From: Eledone cirrhosa
Taxonomy: Eukaryota
Length of the DNA: 64,000 nt
NCBI GenBank assembly: GCA_964016885.1
Contig: OZ024741.1
Coordinates: forward strand, 22,196,001 to 22,260,000
Direction: 5' to 3'
A program made the position numbers and the translations under genes. This document shows positions 9,423-24,400 of this stretch, in pieces (position 1 is the first letter of the stretch; each line of letters opens with the position of its first letter). The notes under the pieces are model-generated. The model made no database searches, had not been told where the DNA came from, and was given only the letters and a program-made list of their open reading frames with translations.

Positions 9423-12400
9423 GAGTGATTCTTTCCTGAGACATTCTAACCACATGACAATAGTATCAGAGCTTTGATCTCTCAATTCGGAGAAGTAGGG
9501 ACTTTACTTGGAGTTACACTCCATTGATTATTTCCTGAGACATTCTAACCACATGACAATAGTATCGGAGCTTTGATCTCTCAATTCGGAGAAGTAGGGA
9601 CTTTACTTGGAGTTACACTCCATTGATTATTTCCTGAGACATTCTAACCACATGACCATAGTATCAGAGCTTTGATCTCTCAATTCGGAGAAGTAGGGAC
9701 TTTACTTGGAGTTACACTCCATTGATTATTTCCTGAGACATTCTAACCACATGTCCATAGTATCGGAGCTGTGATCTCTCAATTCAGAGAAGTAGGGACT
9801 TTACTTGGAGTTACACTCCAGTGATTATTTCCTGAGACATTCTAACCACATGCCCATAGTATCAGAGCTGTGATCTCTCAATTCAGAGAAGTAGGGACTT
9901 TACCTAGAGTTACTCTCCAGCGATTCTTTCCTGAGACATTCTAAACACATGGCAATAGTATCAGAGCTGTGATCTCTCAATTCGGAGAAGTAGGGGCTTT
10001 ACCTAGAGTTACTCTCCAGCGATTCTTTCCTGAGACATTCTAACCACATGCCCATAGTATCAGAGCTGTGATCTCTCAATTCAGAGAAGTAGGGGCTTTA
10101 CCTGGAGTTACTCTCCAGCGATTCTTTCCTGAGACATTCTAACCACATGCCCATAGTATCAGAGCTGTGATCTCTCAATTCAGAGAAGTAGGGGCTTTAC
10201 CTGGAGTTACTCTCCAGCGATTCTTTCCTGAGACATTCTAACCACATGCCCAAAGTATCAGAGCTGTGATCTCTCAATTCAGAGAAGTAGGGACTTTACT
10301 TGGAGTTACTCTCCAGCGATTCTTTCCTGAGACTTTCTATACACATGCCCATAGTATCGGAGCTGTTATCTCTCAATTCGGAGAAGTAGGGACTTTACCT
10401 GGTGTTACTCTCCAGTGATTCTTTCCTGAGACATTCTAACCACATGCCCATAGTATCAGAACTGTGATCTCTCAATTCGGAGAAGTAGGGACTTTACTTG
10501 GAGTTACACTCCAGTGATTCTTTCCGGAGACATTATAACCACATGCCCATAGTATCGGAGCTGTGATCTCTCAATTCGGAGAATTAGGAACTTTACTTGG
10601 AGTTACACTCCAGTGATTATTTCCTGAGACATTCTAACCACATGCCCAAAGTATCAGAGCTGTGATCTCTCAATTCAGAGAAGTAGGGACTTTACTTGGA
10701 GTTACTCTCCAGCGATTCTTTCCTGAGACTTTCTATACACATGCCCATAGTATCGGAGCTCTTATCTCTCAATTCGGAGAGGTAGGGACTTTACTTGGAG
10801 TTACTCTCCAGTGATTCTTTCCTAGGACATTCTAACCACACGTCCATAGTATCGGAGCTCTTATCTCTCAATTCGGAGAAGTAGGGACTTTACCTGGAGT
10901 TACTCTCCTGCAATTCTTTCCTGAGACATTCTAACCACATGCCCAAAGTATCAGCGTTGTGATCTCTCAATTCGGAGAAGTATGGACTTTACTTGGAGTT
11001 ACCCTCCAGTGATTCTTTCCTGAGACTTTCTAACCACATGCCCATAGTATCGGAGCTGTGATCCCTCAATTCGGAGAAGTAGGGACATTACTTGGAGATA
11101 CACTCCAGTGATTATTTCCTGAGACATTCTAACCACACGTCCATAGTCTCGGAGCTGTTATCTCTCAATTCGGAGAAGTAGGGACTTTACCTGGAGTTAC
11201 TCTCCAGCGATTCTTTCCTGAGACATTCTAACCACATGCCCATAGTATCAGAGCCTTGATCTCTCAATTCAGAGAAGTAGGGACTTTACCTGGAGTTACT
11301 CTCCAGTGATTCTTTCCTGAGACATTCTAGCCACATAGCCATAGTATCAGAGCTGTGATCTCTCAATTCGGATAAGTAGGAGCTTTACCTGGAGTTACTC
11401 TCCAGCGATTCTTTCCTGAGACGTTCTAACCACATGCCCATAGTATCGGAGCTGTGATCTCTCAACTCGGAGAAGTAGGGACATTACTTGGAGTTACACT
11501 CCATTGATTATTTCCTAAGACATTCTAACCACACGTCCATAGTATCGGAGCTGTTATCTCTCAATTCAGAGAAGTAGGGACTTTACCTGGAGTTACTCTC
11601 CAGTGATTCTTTCCTGAGACATTCTAACCACATGCCCATAGTATCGGAGCTGTGATCTCTCAATTCAGAGAAGTAGGGACTTTACTTGGAGTTACACTCC
11701 TGTGATTCTTTCCTGAGACATTATAACCACATGCCCATAGTATCAGAGCCTTGATCTCTCAATTCAGAGAAGTAGGGGGCTTTACCTGGAGTTACTCTCC
11801 AGTGATTCTTTCCTGAGACATTCTAACAACATGCCCATAGTCTCAGAGCTGTGATCTCTCAATTCAGAGAAGTTGGGGGCTTTACCTGGAGTTACTCTCC
11901 AGTGATTCTTTCGTGAGACATTCTAACCACATGCCCATAGTATCGGAGCTGTGATCTCTCAATTCGGAGAAGTAGGGACATTACTTGGAGTTACACTCCA
12001 GTGATTATTTCCTGAGACATTCTAACCACACGTCCATAGTATCGGAGCTGTTATCTCTCAATTCGGAGAAGTAGGGACTTTACCTGGAGTAACTCTCCAG
12101 TGATTCTTTCCTGAGACATTCTAACCACATGCCCATAGTCTCAGAACTGTGATCTCTCAATTCGGAGAAGTAGGGACTTTACTTGGAGTTACACTCCAGT
12201 GATTATTTCCTGAGACATTATAACCACATGCCCATAGTATCGGAGCTGTGATCTCTCAATTCGGAGAAGTAGGGACTTTACTTGGAGTTACACTCCAGTG
12301 ATTATTTCCTGAAACATTCTAACCACATTCCCATAGTATCAGAGCTGTGATCTCTCAATTCAGAGTAGCAGGGGCTTTACCTGGAGTTACTCTCCAGTGA

Positions 12401-15400
12401 TTCTTTCCTGAGACATTCTAACCACATGCCCATAGTATCATAGCCTTGATCTCTAAATTCAGAGAAGTAGGGGCTTTACCTGGAGTTACTCTCCAGCGAT
12501 TCTTTCCTGAGACTTTCTAACCACATGCCCATAGTATCAGAGCCTTGATCTCTCAATTCAGAGAAGTAGGGGCTTTACCTGGAGTTACTCCAGCGATTCT
12601 TTCCTGAGACATTCTAACCTCATGCCCATAGTATCGGAGCTGTGATATCTCAATTCGGAGAAGTAGGGACTTTACCTGGAGTTACTCTGCAGCGATTCTT
12701 TCCTGAGACATTCTAACCACATGCTCATAGTATCAGAGCCTTGATCTCTCAATTCAGAGAAGTAGGGACTTTACCTGGAGTTACTCTCCAGTGATTATTT
12801 CCTGAGACATTCTAACCACATAGCCATATTATCAGAGCTGTGATCTCTCAATTCGGAGATTAGGGGCTTTACCTGGAGTTACTCTCCAGCGATTCTTTCC
12901 TGAGACATTCTAACCACATAGCCATAGTCTCAGAGCTGTGATCTCTCAATTCAGAGAAGTAGGGGCTTTACCTGCAGTTACTCTCCAGCGTTTCTTTCCT
13001 GAGACATTCTAACCCCATGCCCAAAGTATCAGAGCTGTTATCTCTCAATTCGGAGAGGTAGGGACTTTACCTGGAGTTATTCTCCAGTGATTCTTTCCTG
13101 AGACATTCTAACCACATGCCCATAGTCTCGGAACTGTGATCTCTCAATTCGGAGAAGTAGGGACTTTATCTGGAGTAACACTCCAGTGATTCTTTTATGA
13201 GACATTATAACCACATGCCCATAGTATCGGAGCTGTGATCTCTCAATTCGGAGAAGTAGGGACTTTACTTGGAGTTACACTCCAGTGATTCTTTCCTGAG
13301 ACATTCTAACCACATGCCCATAGTATCAGAGCTTTGATCTCTCAATTCAGAGTCGCAGGGGCTTTACCTGGAGTTACTCTCCAGTGATTCTTTCCTGAGA
13401 CATTCTAACCACATGCCCATAGTATCAGCGCTGTGATCTCTCAATTCAGGGAAGTAGGCGCTTTACCTGGAGTTACTCTCCAGCGATTCTTTCCTGAGAC
13501 TTTCTAACCACATGCCCATAGTATCGGAACTGTGATCTCTCAATTCGGAGAAGTAGGGAGATTACTTGGAGTTACACTCCAGTGATTATTTCCTGAGCCA
13601 TTCTAACCAGACGTCCATAGTATCGGAGCTGTTATCTCTCAATTCGGAGAAGTAGGGACTTTACCTGGAGTTACTCTCCAGTGATTCTTTCCTGAGACAT
13701 TCTAACCACATGCCCATAGTCTCAGAAATGTGATCTCTCAATTCGGAGAAGTAGGGATTTTACTTGGAGTTACACTCCAGTGATTCTTTCCTGAGACATT
13801 ATAACCACATGCCCATAGTATCGGAGCTGTGATCTCTCAATTCGGAGAAGTAGGGACTTTACCTGGAGTTACTCCCCAGCAATTCTTTCCTGAGACATTC
13901 TAACCCCATGCCAATAGTATCAGAGCTGTGATCTCTCAATTCAGAGAAGTAGGGGCTTTACCTGGAGTTACTCTCCAGTGATTATTTCCCGAGACATTCT
14001 AACCGCATGCCCATAGTATCAGAGCTGTGATCTCTCAATTCGGAGAAGTAGGGACTTTACTTGGAGTTACACTCCAGTGATTCTTTCCTGAGACTTTCTA
14101 ACCACATGCCCATAGTATCGGAGCTGTGATCTCTCAATTCAGAGAAGTAGGGGCTTTACCTGGAGTTACTCTCCAGTGATTATTTCCTGAGACATTCTAA
14201 CCACATGCCCATAGTATCAGAGCCTTGATCTCTCAATTAAGAGAAGTAGGGACTTTACTTGGAGTTACAATCCAATGATTCTTTCCTGAGACATTATAAC
14301 CAAATGCCCATAGTATCGGAGCTGTGATCTCTCAATTCGGAGAAGTAGGGACTTTACCTGGAGTTACTCTCCAGTGATTCTTTCCTGAGACATTCTAACC
14401 ACATGCCCATAGTATCAGAGCTGTCATCTCTCAAGTCAGAGAAGTAGGGACTTTACCTGGAGTTACTCTCCAGTGATTCTTTCCTGAGACATTCTAACCA
14501 CATAGCCATAGTATCAGAGCTGTGATCTCTCAATTCGGAGAAGTAGGGGCTTTACCTGGAGTTACTCTCCAGCCTTTCTTTCCTGAGACATTCTAACCCC
14601 ATGCCCAAAGTATCAGAGCTGTGATCTCTCAATTCAGAGAAGTAGGGACTTTACTTGGAGTTACTCTCCAGCGATTCTTTCCTGAGACTTTCTATACACA
14701 TGCCCATAGTATCGGAGCTGTTATCTCTCAATTCGGAGAGGTAGGGACTTTACCTGGAGTTATTCTCCAGTGATTTTTTCCTGAGACATTCTAACCACAT
14801 GCCCATAGTATCAGAGCTTTGATCTCTCAACTCAGAGTAGCAGAGGTTTTAGCTGGAGTTACACTCCAGTGATTCTTTCCTGAGACATTCTAACCACATG
14901 CCCATAGTATCAGAGCTGTCATCTCTCAAGTCAGAGAAGTAGGGACTTTACCTGGAGTTACTCTCCAGTGATTCTTTCCTGAGACATTCTAACCACATAG
15001 CCATAGTATCGGAGCTGTGATCTCTCAATTCAGAGAAGTTGCGGCTCTACCTGGAGTGACTCTCCAGCGATTCTTTCCTGAGCCATTCTAACCACATGCC
15101 CATAGTATCAGAGCCTTGATCTCTCAATTCAGAGAAGTAGGGTCTTTACCTGGAGTTACTCTCCAGCGATTCTTTCATGAGCCATTCTAACCACATGCCC
15201 ATAGTATCAGAGCCTTGATCTCTCAATTCAGAGAAGTAGGGACTTTACCTGGAGTTACTCTCCAGCGATTCTTTCTTGAGACATTCTAACCACATGCCCA
15301 AAGTATCAGAGCTGTGATCTCTCAATTCAGAGAAGTAGGGACTTTACTTGGAGTTACACTCCAGTGATTATTTCCTGAGACATTCTAACCACATGTCCAT

Positions 15401-18400
15401 AGTATCGGAGCTGTGATCTCTCAATTCGGAGAAGTAGGGACTTTACCTGGAGTTATTCTCCAGTGATTTTTTCCTGAGACATTCTAACCACATGCCCATA
15501 GTATCAGAGCTTTGATCTCTCAACTCAGAGTAGCAGAGGTTTTAGCTGGAGTTACACTCCAGTGATTCTTTCCTGAGACATTCTAACCACATGCCCATAG
15601 TATCAGAGCTGTCATCTCTCAAGTCAGAGAAGTAGGGACTTTACCTGGAGTTACTCTCCAGTGATTCTTTCCTGAGACATTCTAACCACATAGCCATAGT
15701 ATCGGAGCTGTGATCTCTCAATTCAGAGAAGTTGCGGCTCTACCTGGAGTGACTCTCCAGCGATTCTTTCCTGAGCCATTCTAACCACATGCCCATAGTA
15801 TCAGAGCCTTGATCTCTCAATTCAGAGAAGTAGGGTCTTTACCTGGAGTTACTCTCCAGCGATTCTTTCCTGAGCCATTCTAACCACATGCCCATAGTAT
15901 CAGAGCCTTGATCTCTCAATTCAGAGAAGTAGGGACTTTACCTGGAGTTACTCTCCAGCGATTCTTTCCTGAGACATTCTAACCACATGCCCAAAGTATC
16001 AGAGCTGTGATCTCTCAATTCAGAGAAGTAGGGACTTTACTTGGAGTTACACTCCAGTGATTATTTCCTGAGACATTCTAACCACATGTCCATAGTATCG
16101 GAGCTGTGATCTCTCAATTCGGAGAAGTAGGGACTTTACCTGGAGTTACTCTCCAGCGATTCTTTCCTGAGACATTCTAACCCCATGCCCATAGTATCAG
16201 AGCCTTGATCTCTCAATTCGGAGAAGTAGGGACTTTACCTGGAGTTACTCTCCAGCGATTCCTTCCTGAGACATTCTAACCCCATGCCCATAGTATCAGA
16301 GCCTTGATCTCTCAATTCGGAGAAGTAGGGACTTTACCTGGAGTAACTCTCCAGTGATTCTTTCCTGAGACATTCTAACCACATGCCCATAGTATAAGAG
16401 CTTCGATCTCTCAATTCAGAGAAGTAGGGGCTTTACTTGGAGTTACACTCCAGTGATTCTTTCCTGAAACATTATAACCACATGCCCATAGTATCGGAGC
16501 TGTGATCTCTCAATTCGGAGAAGTAGGGACTTTACTTGGAGTTACACTCCAGTGATTATTTCCTGAGACATTCTAACCACATTCCCATAGTATTAGAGCC
16601 TTGATCTCTCAATTCAGAGAAGTAGGGGCTTTACCTGGAGTTACTCTCCAGTGTTTCTTTCCTGAGACATTCTAACCACAAGCCCATAGTATCAGAGCCT
16701 TGATCTCTCAATTCAGAGAAGTAGGGGCTTTACCTGGAGTTACTCTCCAGTGTTTCTTTCCTGAGACATTCTAACCACATGGCCATAGTATCAGAGCTTT
16801 GATCTCTCAACTCAGAGTAGCAGGGGCTTTACCTGGAGTTACTCTCCAGTGATTATTTCCTGAGACATTCTAACTGCATGCCCATAGTATCAGAGCCTTG
16901 ATCTCTAAATTCAGAGAAGTAGGGGCTTTACCTGGAGTTACTCTCCAGCAATTCTTTCCTGAGACATTATAACCACATGCCCATAGTATCTGAGCTGTGA
17001 TCTCTCAATTCAGAGAAGTAGGGGCTTTACCTGGAGTTACTCTCCAGTGTTTCTTTCCTGAGACATTCTAACCACATGTCCATAGTATCAGAGCTTTGAT
17101 CTCTCAACTCAGAGTAGCAGGGGCTTTAGCTGGAGTTACTCTCCAGTGATTCTTTCCTGAGACATTCTAACTGCATGCCCATAGTATCAGAGCCTTGATC
17201 TCTAAATTCAGAGAAGTAGGGGCTTTACCTGGAGTTACTCTCCAGCAATTCTTTCCTGAGACATTCTAACCACATGCCCATAGTATCGGAGCTGTGATCT
17301 CTCAATTCGGAGAAGTAGGGACATTACTTGGAGTTACACTCCAGTGATTATTTCCTGAGACATTCTAACCACACCTCCATAGTATCGGAGCTGTTATCTC
17401 TCAATTCGGAGAAGTAGGGACTTTACCTGGAGTAACTCTCCAGTGATTCTTTCCTGAGACATTCTAACCACATGCCCATAGTCTCAGAACTGTGATCTCT
17501 CAATTCGGAGAAGTAGGGACTTTACTTGGAGTTACACTCCAGTGATTCTTTCCTGAGACATTATAACCACATGCCCATAGTATCGGAGCTGTGATCTCTC
17601 AATTCAGAGTAGCAGGGGCTTTACCTGGAGTTACTCTCCAGTGATTCTTTCCTGAGACATTCTAACCACATGCCCATAGTATCATAGCCTTGATCTCTAA
17701 ATTCAGAGAAGTAGGGGCTTTACCTGGAGTTACTCTCCAGCGATTCTTTCCTGAGACTTTCTAACCACATGCCCATAGTATCAGAGCCTTGATCTCTCAA
17801 TTCAGAGAAGTAGGGGCTTTACCTGGAGTTACTCCAGCGATTCTTTCCTGAGACATTCTAACCTCATGCCCATAGTATCGGAGCTGTGAATTCTCAATTC
17901 GGAGAAGTAGGGACTTTACCTGGAGTTACTCTCCAGCGATTCTTTCCTGAGACATTCTAACCACATGCCCATAGTATCAGAGCCTTGATCTCTCAATTCA
18001 GAGAAGTAGGGACTTTACCTGGAGTTACTCTCCAGTGATTATTTCCTGAGACATTCTAACCACATAGCCATATTATCAGAGCTGTGATCGCTCAATTCGG
18101 AGATTAGGGGCTTTACCTGGAGTTACTCTCCAGCGATTCTTTCCTGAGACATTCTAACCACATAGCCATAGTCTCAGAGCTGTGATCTCTCAATTCAGAG
18201 AAGTAGGGGCTTTACCTGCAGTTACTCTCCAGCGTTTCTTTCCTGAGACATTCTAACCCCATGCCCAAAGTATCAGAGCTGTTATCTCTCAATTCGGAGA
18301 GGTAGGGACTTTACCTGGAGTTATTCTCCAGTGATTCTTTCCTGAGACATTCTAACCACATGCCCATAGTATCAGAGCTTTGATCTCTCAATTCAGAGTC

Positions 18401-21400
18401 GCAGGGGCTTTACCTGGTGTTACTCTCCAGTGATTCTTTCCTGAGACATTATAACCTCATGCCCATAGTATCAGCGCTGTGATCTCTCAATTCAGAGAAG
18501 TAGGCGCTTTACCTGGAGTTACTCTCCAGCGATTCTTTCCTGAGACATTCTAACCACATGCCCATAGTCTCGGAACTGTGATCTCTCAATTCGGAGAAGT
18601 AGGGACTTTATCTGGAGTAACACTCCAGTGATTCTTTTATGAGACATTATAACCACATGCCCATAGTATCGGAGCTGTGATCTCTCAATTCGGAGAAGTA
18701 GGGACTTTACTTGGAGTTACACTCCAGTGATTCTTTCCTGAGACATTCTAACCACATGCCCATAGTATCAGAGCTTTGATCTCTCAATTCAGAGTCGCAG
18801 GGGCTTTACCTGGAGTTACTCTCCAGTGATTCTTTCCTGAGACATTCTAACCACATGCCCATAGTATCAGCGCTGTGATCTCTCAATTCAGAGAAGTAGG
18901 CGCTTTACCTGGAGTTACTCTCCAGCGATTCTTTCCTGAGACTTTCTAACCACATGCCCATAGTATCGGAACTGTGATCTCTCAATTCGGAGAAGTAGGG
19001 AGATTACTTGGAGTTACACTCCAGTGATTATTTCCTGAGCCATTCTAACCAGACGTCCATAGTATCGGAGCTGTTATCTCTCAATTCGGAGAAGTAGGGA
19101 CTTTACCTGGAGTTACTCTCCAGTGATTCTTTCCTGAGACATTCTAACCACATGCCCATAGTCTCAGAAATGTGATCTCTCAATTCGGAGAAGTAGGGAT
19201 TTTACTTGGAGTTACACTCCAGTGATTCTTTCCTGAGACATTATAACCACATGCCCATAGTATCAGAGCCTTGATCTCTCAATTCAGAGAAGTAGGGACT
19301 TTACCTGGAGTTACTCTCCAGTGATTCTTTCCTGAGACATTCTAACCACATGCCCATAGTCTCAGAAATGTGATCTCTCAATTCGGAGAAGTAGGGATTT
19401 TACTTGGAGTTACACTCCAGTGATTCTTTCCTGAGACATTATAACCACATGCCCATAGTATCGGAGCTGTGATCTCTCAATTCGGAGAAGTAGGGACTTT
19501 ACCTGGAGTTACTCTCCAGCAATTCTTTCCTGAGACATTCTAACCCCATGCCAGTAGTATCAGAGCTGTGATCTCTCAATTCAGAGAAGTAGGGGCTTTA
19601 CCTGGAGTTACTCTCCAGTGATTATTTCCCGAGACATTCTAACCGCATGCCCATAGTATCAGAGCTGTGATCTCTCAATTCGGAGAAGTAGGGACTTTAC
19701 TTGGAGTTACACTCCAGTGATTCTTTCCTGAGACTTTCTAACCACATGCCCATAGTATCGGAGCTGTGATCTCTCAATTCAGAGAAGTAGGGGCTTTACC
19801 TGGAGTTACTCTCCAGTGATTATTTCCTGAGACATTCTAACCACATGCCCATAGTATCAGAGCCTTGATCTCTCAATTAAGAGAAGTAGGGACTTTACTT
19901 GGAGTTACAATCCAATGATTCTTTCCTGAGACATTATAACCAAATGCCCATAGTATCGGAGCTGTGATCTCTTAATTCGGAGAAGTAGGGACTTTACCTG
20001 GAGTTACTCTCCAGTGATTCTTTCCTGAGACATTCTAACCACATGCCCATAGTATCAGAGCTGTCATCTCTCAAGTCAGAGAAGTAGGGACTTTACCTGG
20101 AGTTACTCTCCAGTGATTCTTTCCTGAGACATTCTAACCACATAGCCATAGTATCAGAGCTGTGATCTCTCAATTCGGAGAAGTAGGGGCTTTACCTGGA
20201 GTTACTCTCCAGCCTTTCTTTCCTGAGACATTCTAACCCCATGCCCAAAGTATCAGAGCTGTGATCTCTCAATTCAGAGAAGTAGGGACTTTACTTGGAG
20301 TTACTCTCCAGCGATTCTTTCCTGAGACTTTCTATACACATGCCCATAGTATCGGAGCTGTTATCTCTCAATTCGGAGAGGTAGGGACTTTACCTGGAGT
20401 TATTCTCCAGTGATTTTTTCCTGAGACATTCTAACCACATGCCCATAGTATCAGAGCTTTGATCTCTCAACTCAGAGTAGCAGAGGTTTTAGCTGGAGTT
20501 ACACTCCAGTGATTCTTTCCTGAGACATTCTAACCACATGCCCATAGTATCAGAGCTGTCATCTCTCAAGTCAGAGAAGTAGGGACTTTACCTGGAGTTA
20601 CTCTCCAGTGATTCTTTCCTGAGACATTCTAACCACATAGCCATAGTATCGGAGCTGTGATCTCTCAATTCAGAGAAGTTGCGGCTCTACCTGGAGTGAC
20701 TCTCCAGCGATTCTTTCCTGAGCCATTCTAACCACATGCCCATAGTATCAGAGCCTTGATCTCTCAATTCAGAGAAGTAGGGTCTTTACCTGGAGTTACT
20801 CTCCAGCGATTCTTTCCTGAGCCATTCTAACCACATGCCCATAGTATCAGAGCCTTGATCTCTCAATTCAGAGAAGTAGGGACTTTACCTGGAGTTACTC
20901 TCCAGTGATTCTTTCCTGAGACATTCTAACCACATGCCCAAAGTATCAGAGCTGTGATCTCTCAATTCAGAGAAGTAGGGACTTTACTTGGAGTTACACT
21001 CCAGTGATTATTTCCTGAGACATTCTAACCACATGTCCATAGTATCGGAGCTGTGATCTCTCAATTCGGAGAAGTAGGGACTTTACCTGGAGTTATTCTC
21101 CAGTGATTTTTTCCTGAGACATTCTAACCACATGCCCATAGTATCAGAGCTTTGATCTCTCAACTCAGAGTAGCAGAGGTTTTAGCTGGAGTTACACTCC
21201 AGTGATTCTTTCCTGAGACATTCTAACCACATGCCCATAGTATCAGAGCTGTCATCTCTCAAGTCAGAGAAGTAGGGACTTTACCTGGAGTTACTCTCCA
21301 GTGATTCTTTCCTGAGACATTCTAACCACATAGCCATAGTATCGGAGCTGTGATCTCTCAATTCAGAGAAGTTGCGGCTCTACCTGGAGTGACTCTCCAG

Positions 21401-24400
21401 CGATTCTTTCCTGAGCCATTCTAACCACATGCCCATAGTATCAGAGCCTTGATCTCTCAATTCAGAGAAGTAGGGTCTTTACCTGGAGTTACTCTCCAGC
21501 GATTCTTTCCTGAGCCATTCTAACCACATGCCCATAGTATCAGAGCCTTGATCTCTCAATTCAGAGAAGTAGGGACTTTACCTGGAGTTACTCTCCAGCG
21601 ATTCTTTCCTGAGACATTCTAACCACATGCCCAAAGTATCAGAGCTGTGATCTCTCAATTCAGAGAAGTAGGGACTTTACTTGGAGTTTCACTCCAGTGA
21701 TTATTTCCTGAGACATTCTAACCACATGTCCATAGTATCGGAGCTGTGATCTCTCAATTCAGAGAAGTAGGGGCTTTACCTGGAGTTACTCTCCAGTGAT
21801 TATTTCCCGAGACATTCTAACCGCATGCCCATATTATCAGAGCTGTGATCTCTCAATTCGGAGAAGTAGGGACTTTACTTGGAGTTACACTCCAGTGATT
21901 CTTTCCTGAGACTTTCTAACCACATGCCCATAGTATCGGAGCTGTGATCTCTCAATTCGGAGAAGTAGGGACATTACTTGGAGTTACACTCCAGTGATTA
22001 TTTCCTGAGACATTCTAACAACACGTCCATAGTATCGGAGCTGTTATCTCTCAATTCGGAGAAGTAGGGACTTTACCTGGAGTTACTCTCCAGCGATTCT
22101 TTCCTGAGACATTCTAACCCCATGCCCATAGTATCAGAGCCTTGATCTCTCAATTCGGAGAAGTAGGGACTTTACCTGGAGTTACTCTCCAGCGATTCTT
22201 TCCTGAGACATTCTAACCCCATGCCCATAGTATCAGAGCCTTGATCTCTCAATTCGGAGAAGTAGGGACTTTACCTGGAGTAACTCTCCAGTGATTCTTT
22301 CCTGAGACATTCTAACCACATGCCCATAGTATAAGAGCTTCGATCTCTCAATTCAGAGAAGTAGGGGCTTTACTTGGAGTTACACTCCAGTGATTCTTTC
22401 CTGAAACATTATAACCACATGCCCATAGTATCGGAGCTGTGATCTCTCAATTCGGAGAAGTAGGGACTTTACTTGGAGTTACACTCCAGTGATTATTTCC
22501 TGAGACATTCTAACCACATTCCCATAGTATTAGAGCCTTGATCTCTCAATTCAGAGAAGTAGGGGCTTTACCTGGAGTTACTGTCCAGTGTTTCTTTCCT
22601 GAGACATTCTAACCACATGCCCATAGTATCAGAGCCTTGATCTCTCAATTCAGAGAAGTAGGGGCTTTACCTGGAGTTACTCTCCAGTGTTTCTTTCCTG
22701 AGACATTCTAACCACATGGCCATAGTATCAGAGCTTTGATCTCTCAACTCAGAGTAGCAGGGGCTTTACCTGGAGTTACTCTCCAGTGATTATTTCCTGA
22801 GACATTCTAACTGCATGCCCATAGTATCAGAGCCTTGATCTCTAAATTCAGAGAAGTAGGGGCTTTACCTGGAGTTACACTCCAGCAATTCTTTCCTGAG
22901 ACATTATAACCACATGCCCATAGTATCTGAGCTGTGATCTCTCAATTCAGAGAAGTAGGGGCTTTACCTGGAGTTACTCTCCAGTGTTTCTTTCCTGAGA
23001 CATTCTAACCACATGTCCATAGTATCAGAGCTTTGATCTCTCAACTCAGAGTAGCAGGGGCTTTAGCTGGAGTTACTCTCCAGTGATTCTTTCCTGAGAC
23101 ATTCTAACTGCATGCCCATAGTATCAGAGCCTTGATCTCTAAATTCAGAGAAGTAGGGGCTTTACCTGGAGTTACTCTCCAGCAATTCTTTCCTGAGACA
23201 TTATAACCACATGCCCATAGTATCTGAGCTGTGATCTCTCAATTCAGAGAAGTAGGGGCTTTACCTGGAGTTACTCTCCAGTGTTTCTTTCCTGAGACAT
23301 TCTAACCACATGGCCATAGTATCAGAGCTTTGATCTCTCAACTCAGAGTAGCAGGGGCTTTAGCTGGAGTTACTCTCCAGTGATTCTTTCCTGAGACATT
23401 CTAACTGCATGCCCATAGTATCAGAGCCTTGATCTCTAAATTCAGAGAAGTAGGGGCTTTACCTGGAGTTACTCTCCAGCAATTCTTTCCTGAGACATTA
23501 TAACCACATGCCCATAGTATCTGAGCTGTGATCTCTCAATTCAGAGAAGTAGGGGCTTTACCTGGAGTTACTCTCCAGTGATTATTTCCTGAGACATTCT
23601 AACCACATGCCCATAGTATCAGAGCCTTGATCTCTCAATTAAGAGAAGTAGGGACTTTACCTGGAGTTACTCTCCAGTGAATCTTTCCTGAGACATTCTA
23701 ACCACATGCCCATAGTATCAGAGCTGTGATCTCTCAATTCAGAGTCGCAGGGGCTTTACCTGGAGTTACTCTCCAGTGATTCTTTCCTGAGACATTATAA
23801 CCTCATGCCCATAGTATCAGCACTGTGATCTCTCAATTCAGAGAAGTAGGCGCTTTACCTGGAGTTACTCTCCAGCCATTCTTTCCTGAGACATTCTAAC
23901 CACATGCCCATAGTATCATAGCCTTGATCTCTCAATTCGGAGAAGTAGGGACATTACTTGGAGTTACATTCCAGTGATTATTTCCTGAGACATTCTAACA
24001 ACACGTCCATAGTATCGGAGCTGTTATCTCTCAATTCGGAGAAGTAGGGACTTTACCTGGCGTTACTCTCCAGTGATTCTTTCCTGAGACATTCTAACCA
24101 CATGCCCATAGTCTCAGAAATGTGATCTCTCAATTCGGAGATGTAGGGACTTTACTTGGAGTTACACTCCAGTGATTCTTTCCTGAAACATTATAACCAC
24201 ATGCCCATAGTATCGGAGCTGTGATCTCTCAATTCGGAGAAGTAGGGACTTTACTTGTAGTTACTCTCCAGTGATTCTTTCCTGAGACATTCTAACCACA
24301 TGCCCATAGTATCGGAGCTGTGATCTCTCAATTCAGAGTAGCAGGGGCTTTACCTGGAGTTACACTCCAGCGATTCTTTCCTGAGACATTCTAACCACAT

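Noticed and set aside
9130-9485. Poly-Lys/Glu/Arg protein
   Set aside because: RTE tail fused to a (GAA)n(GAG)n microsatellite
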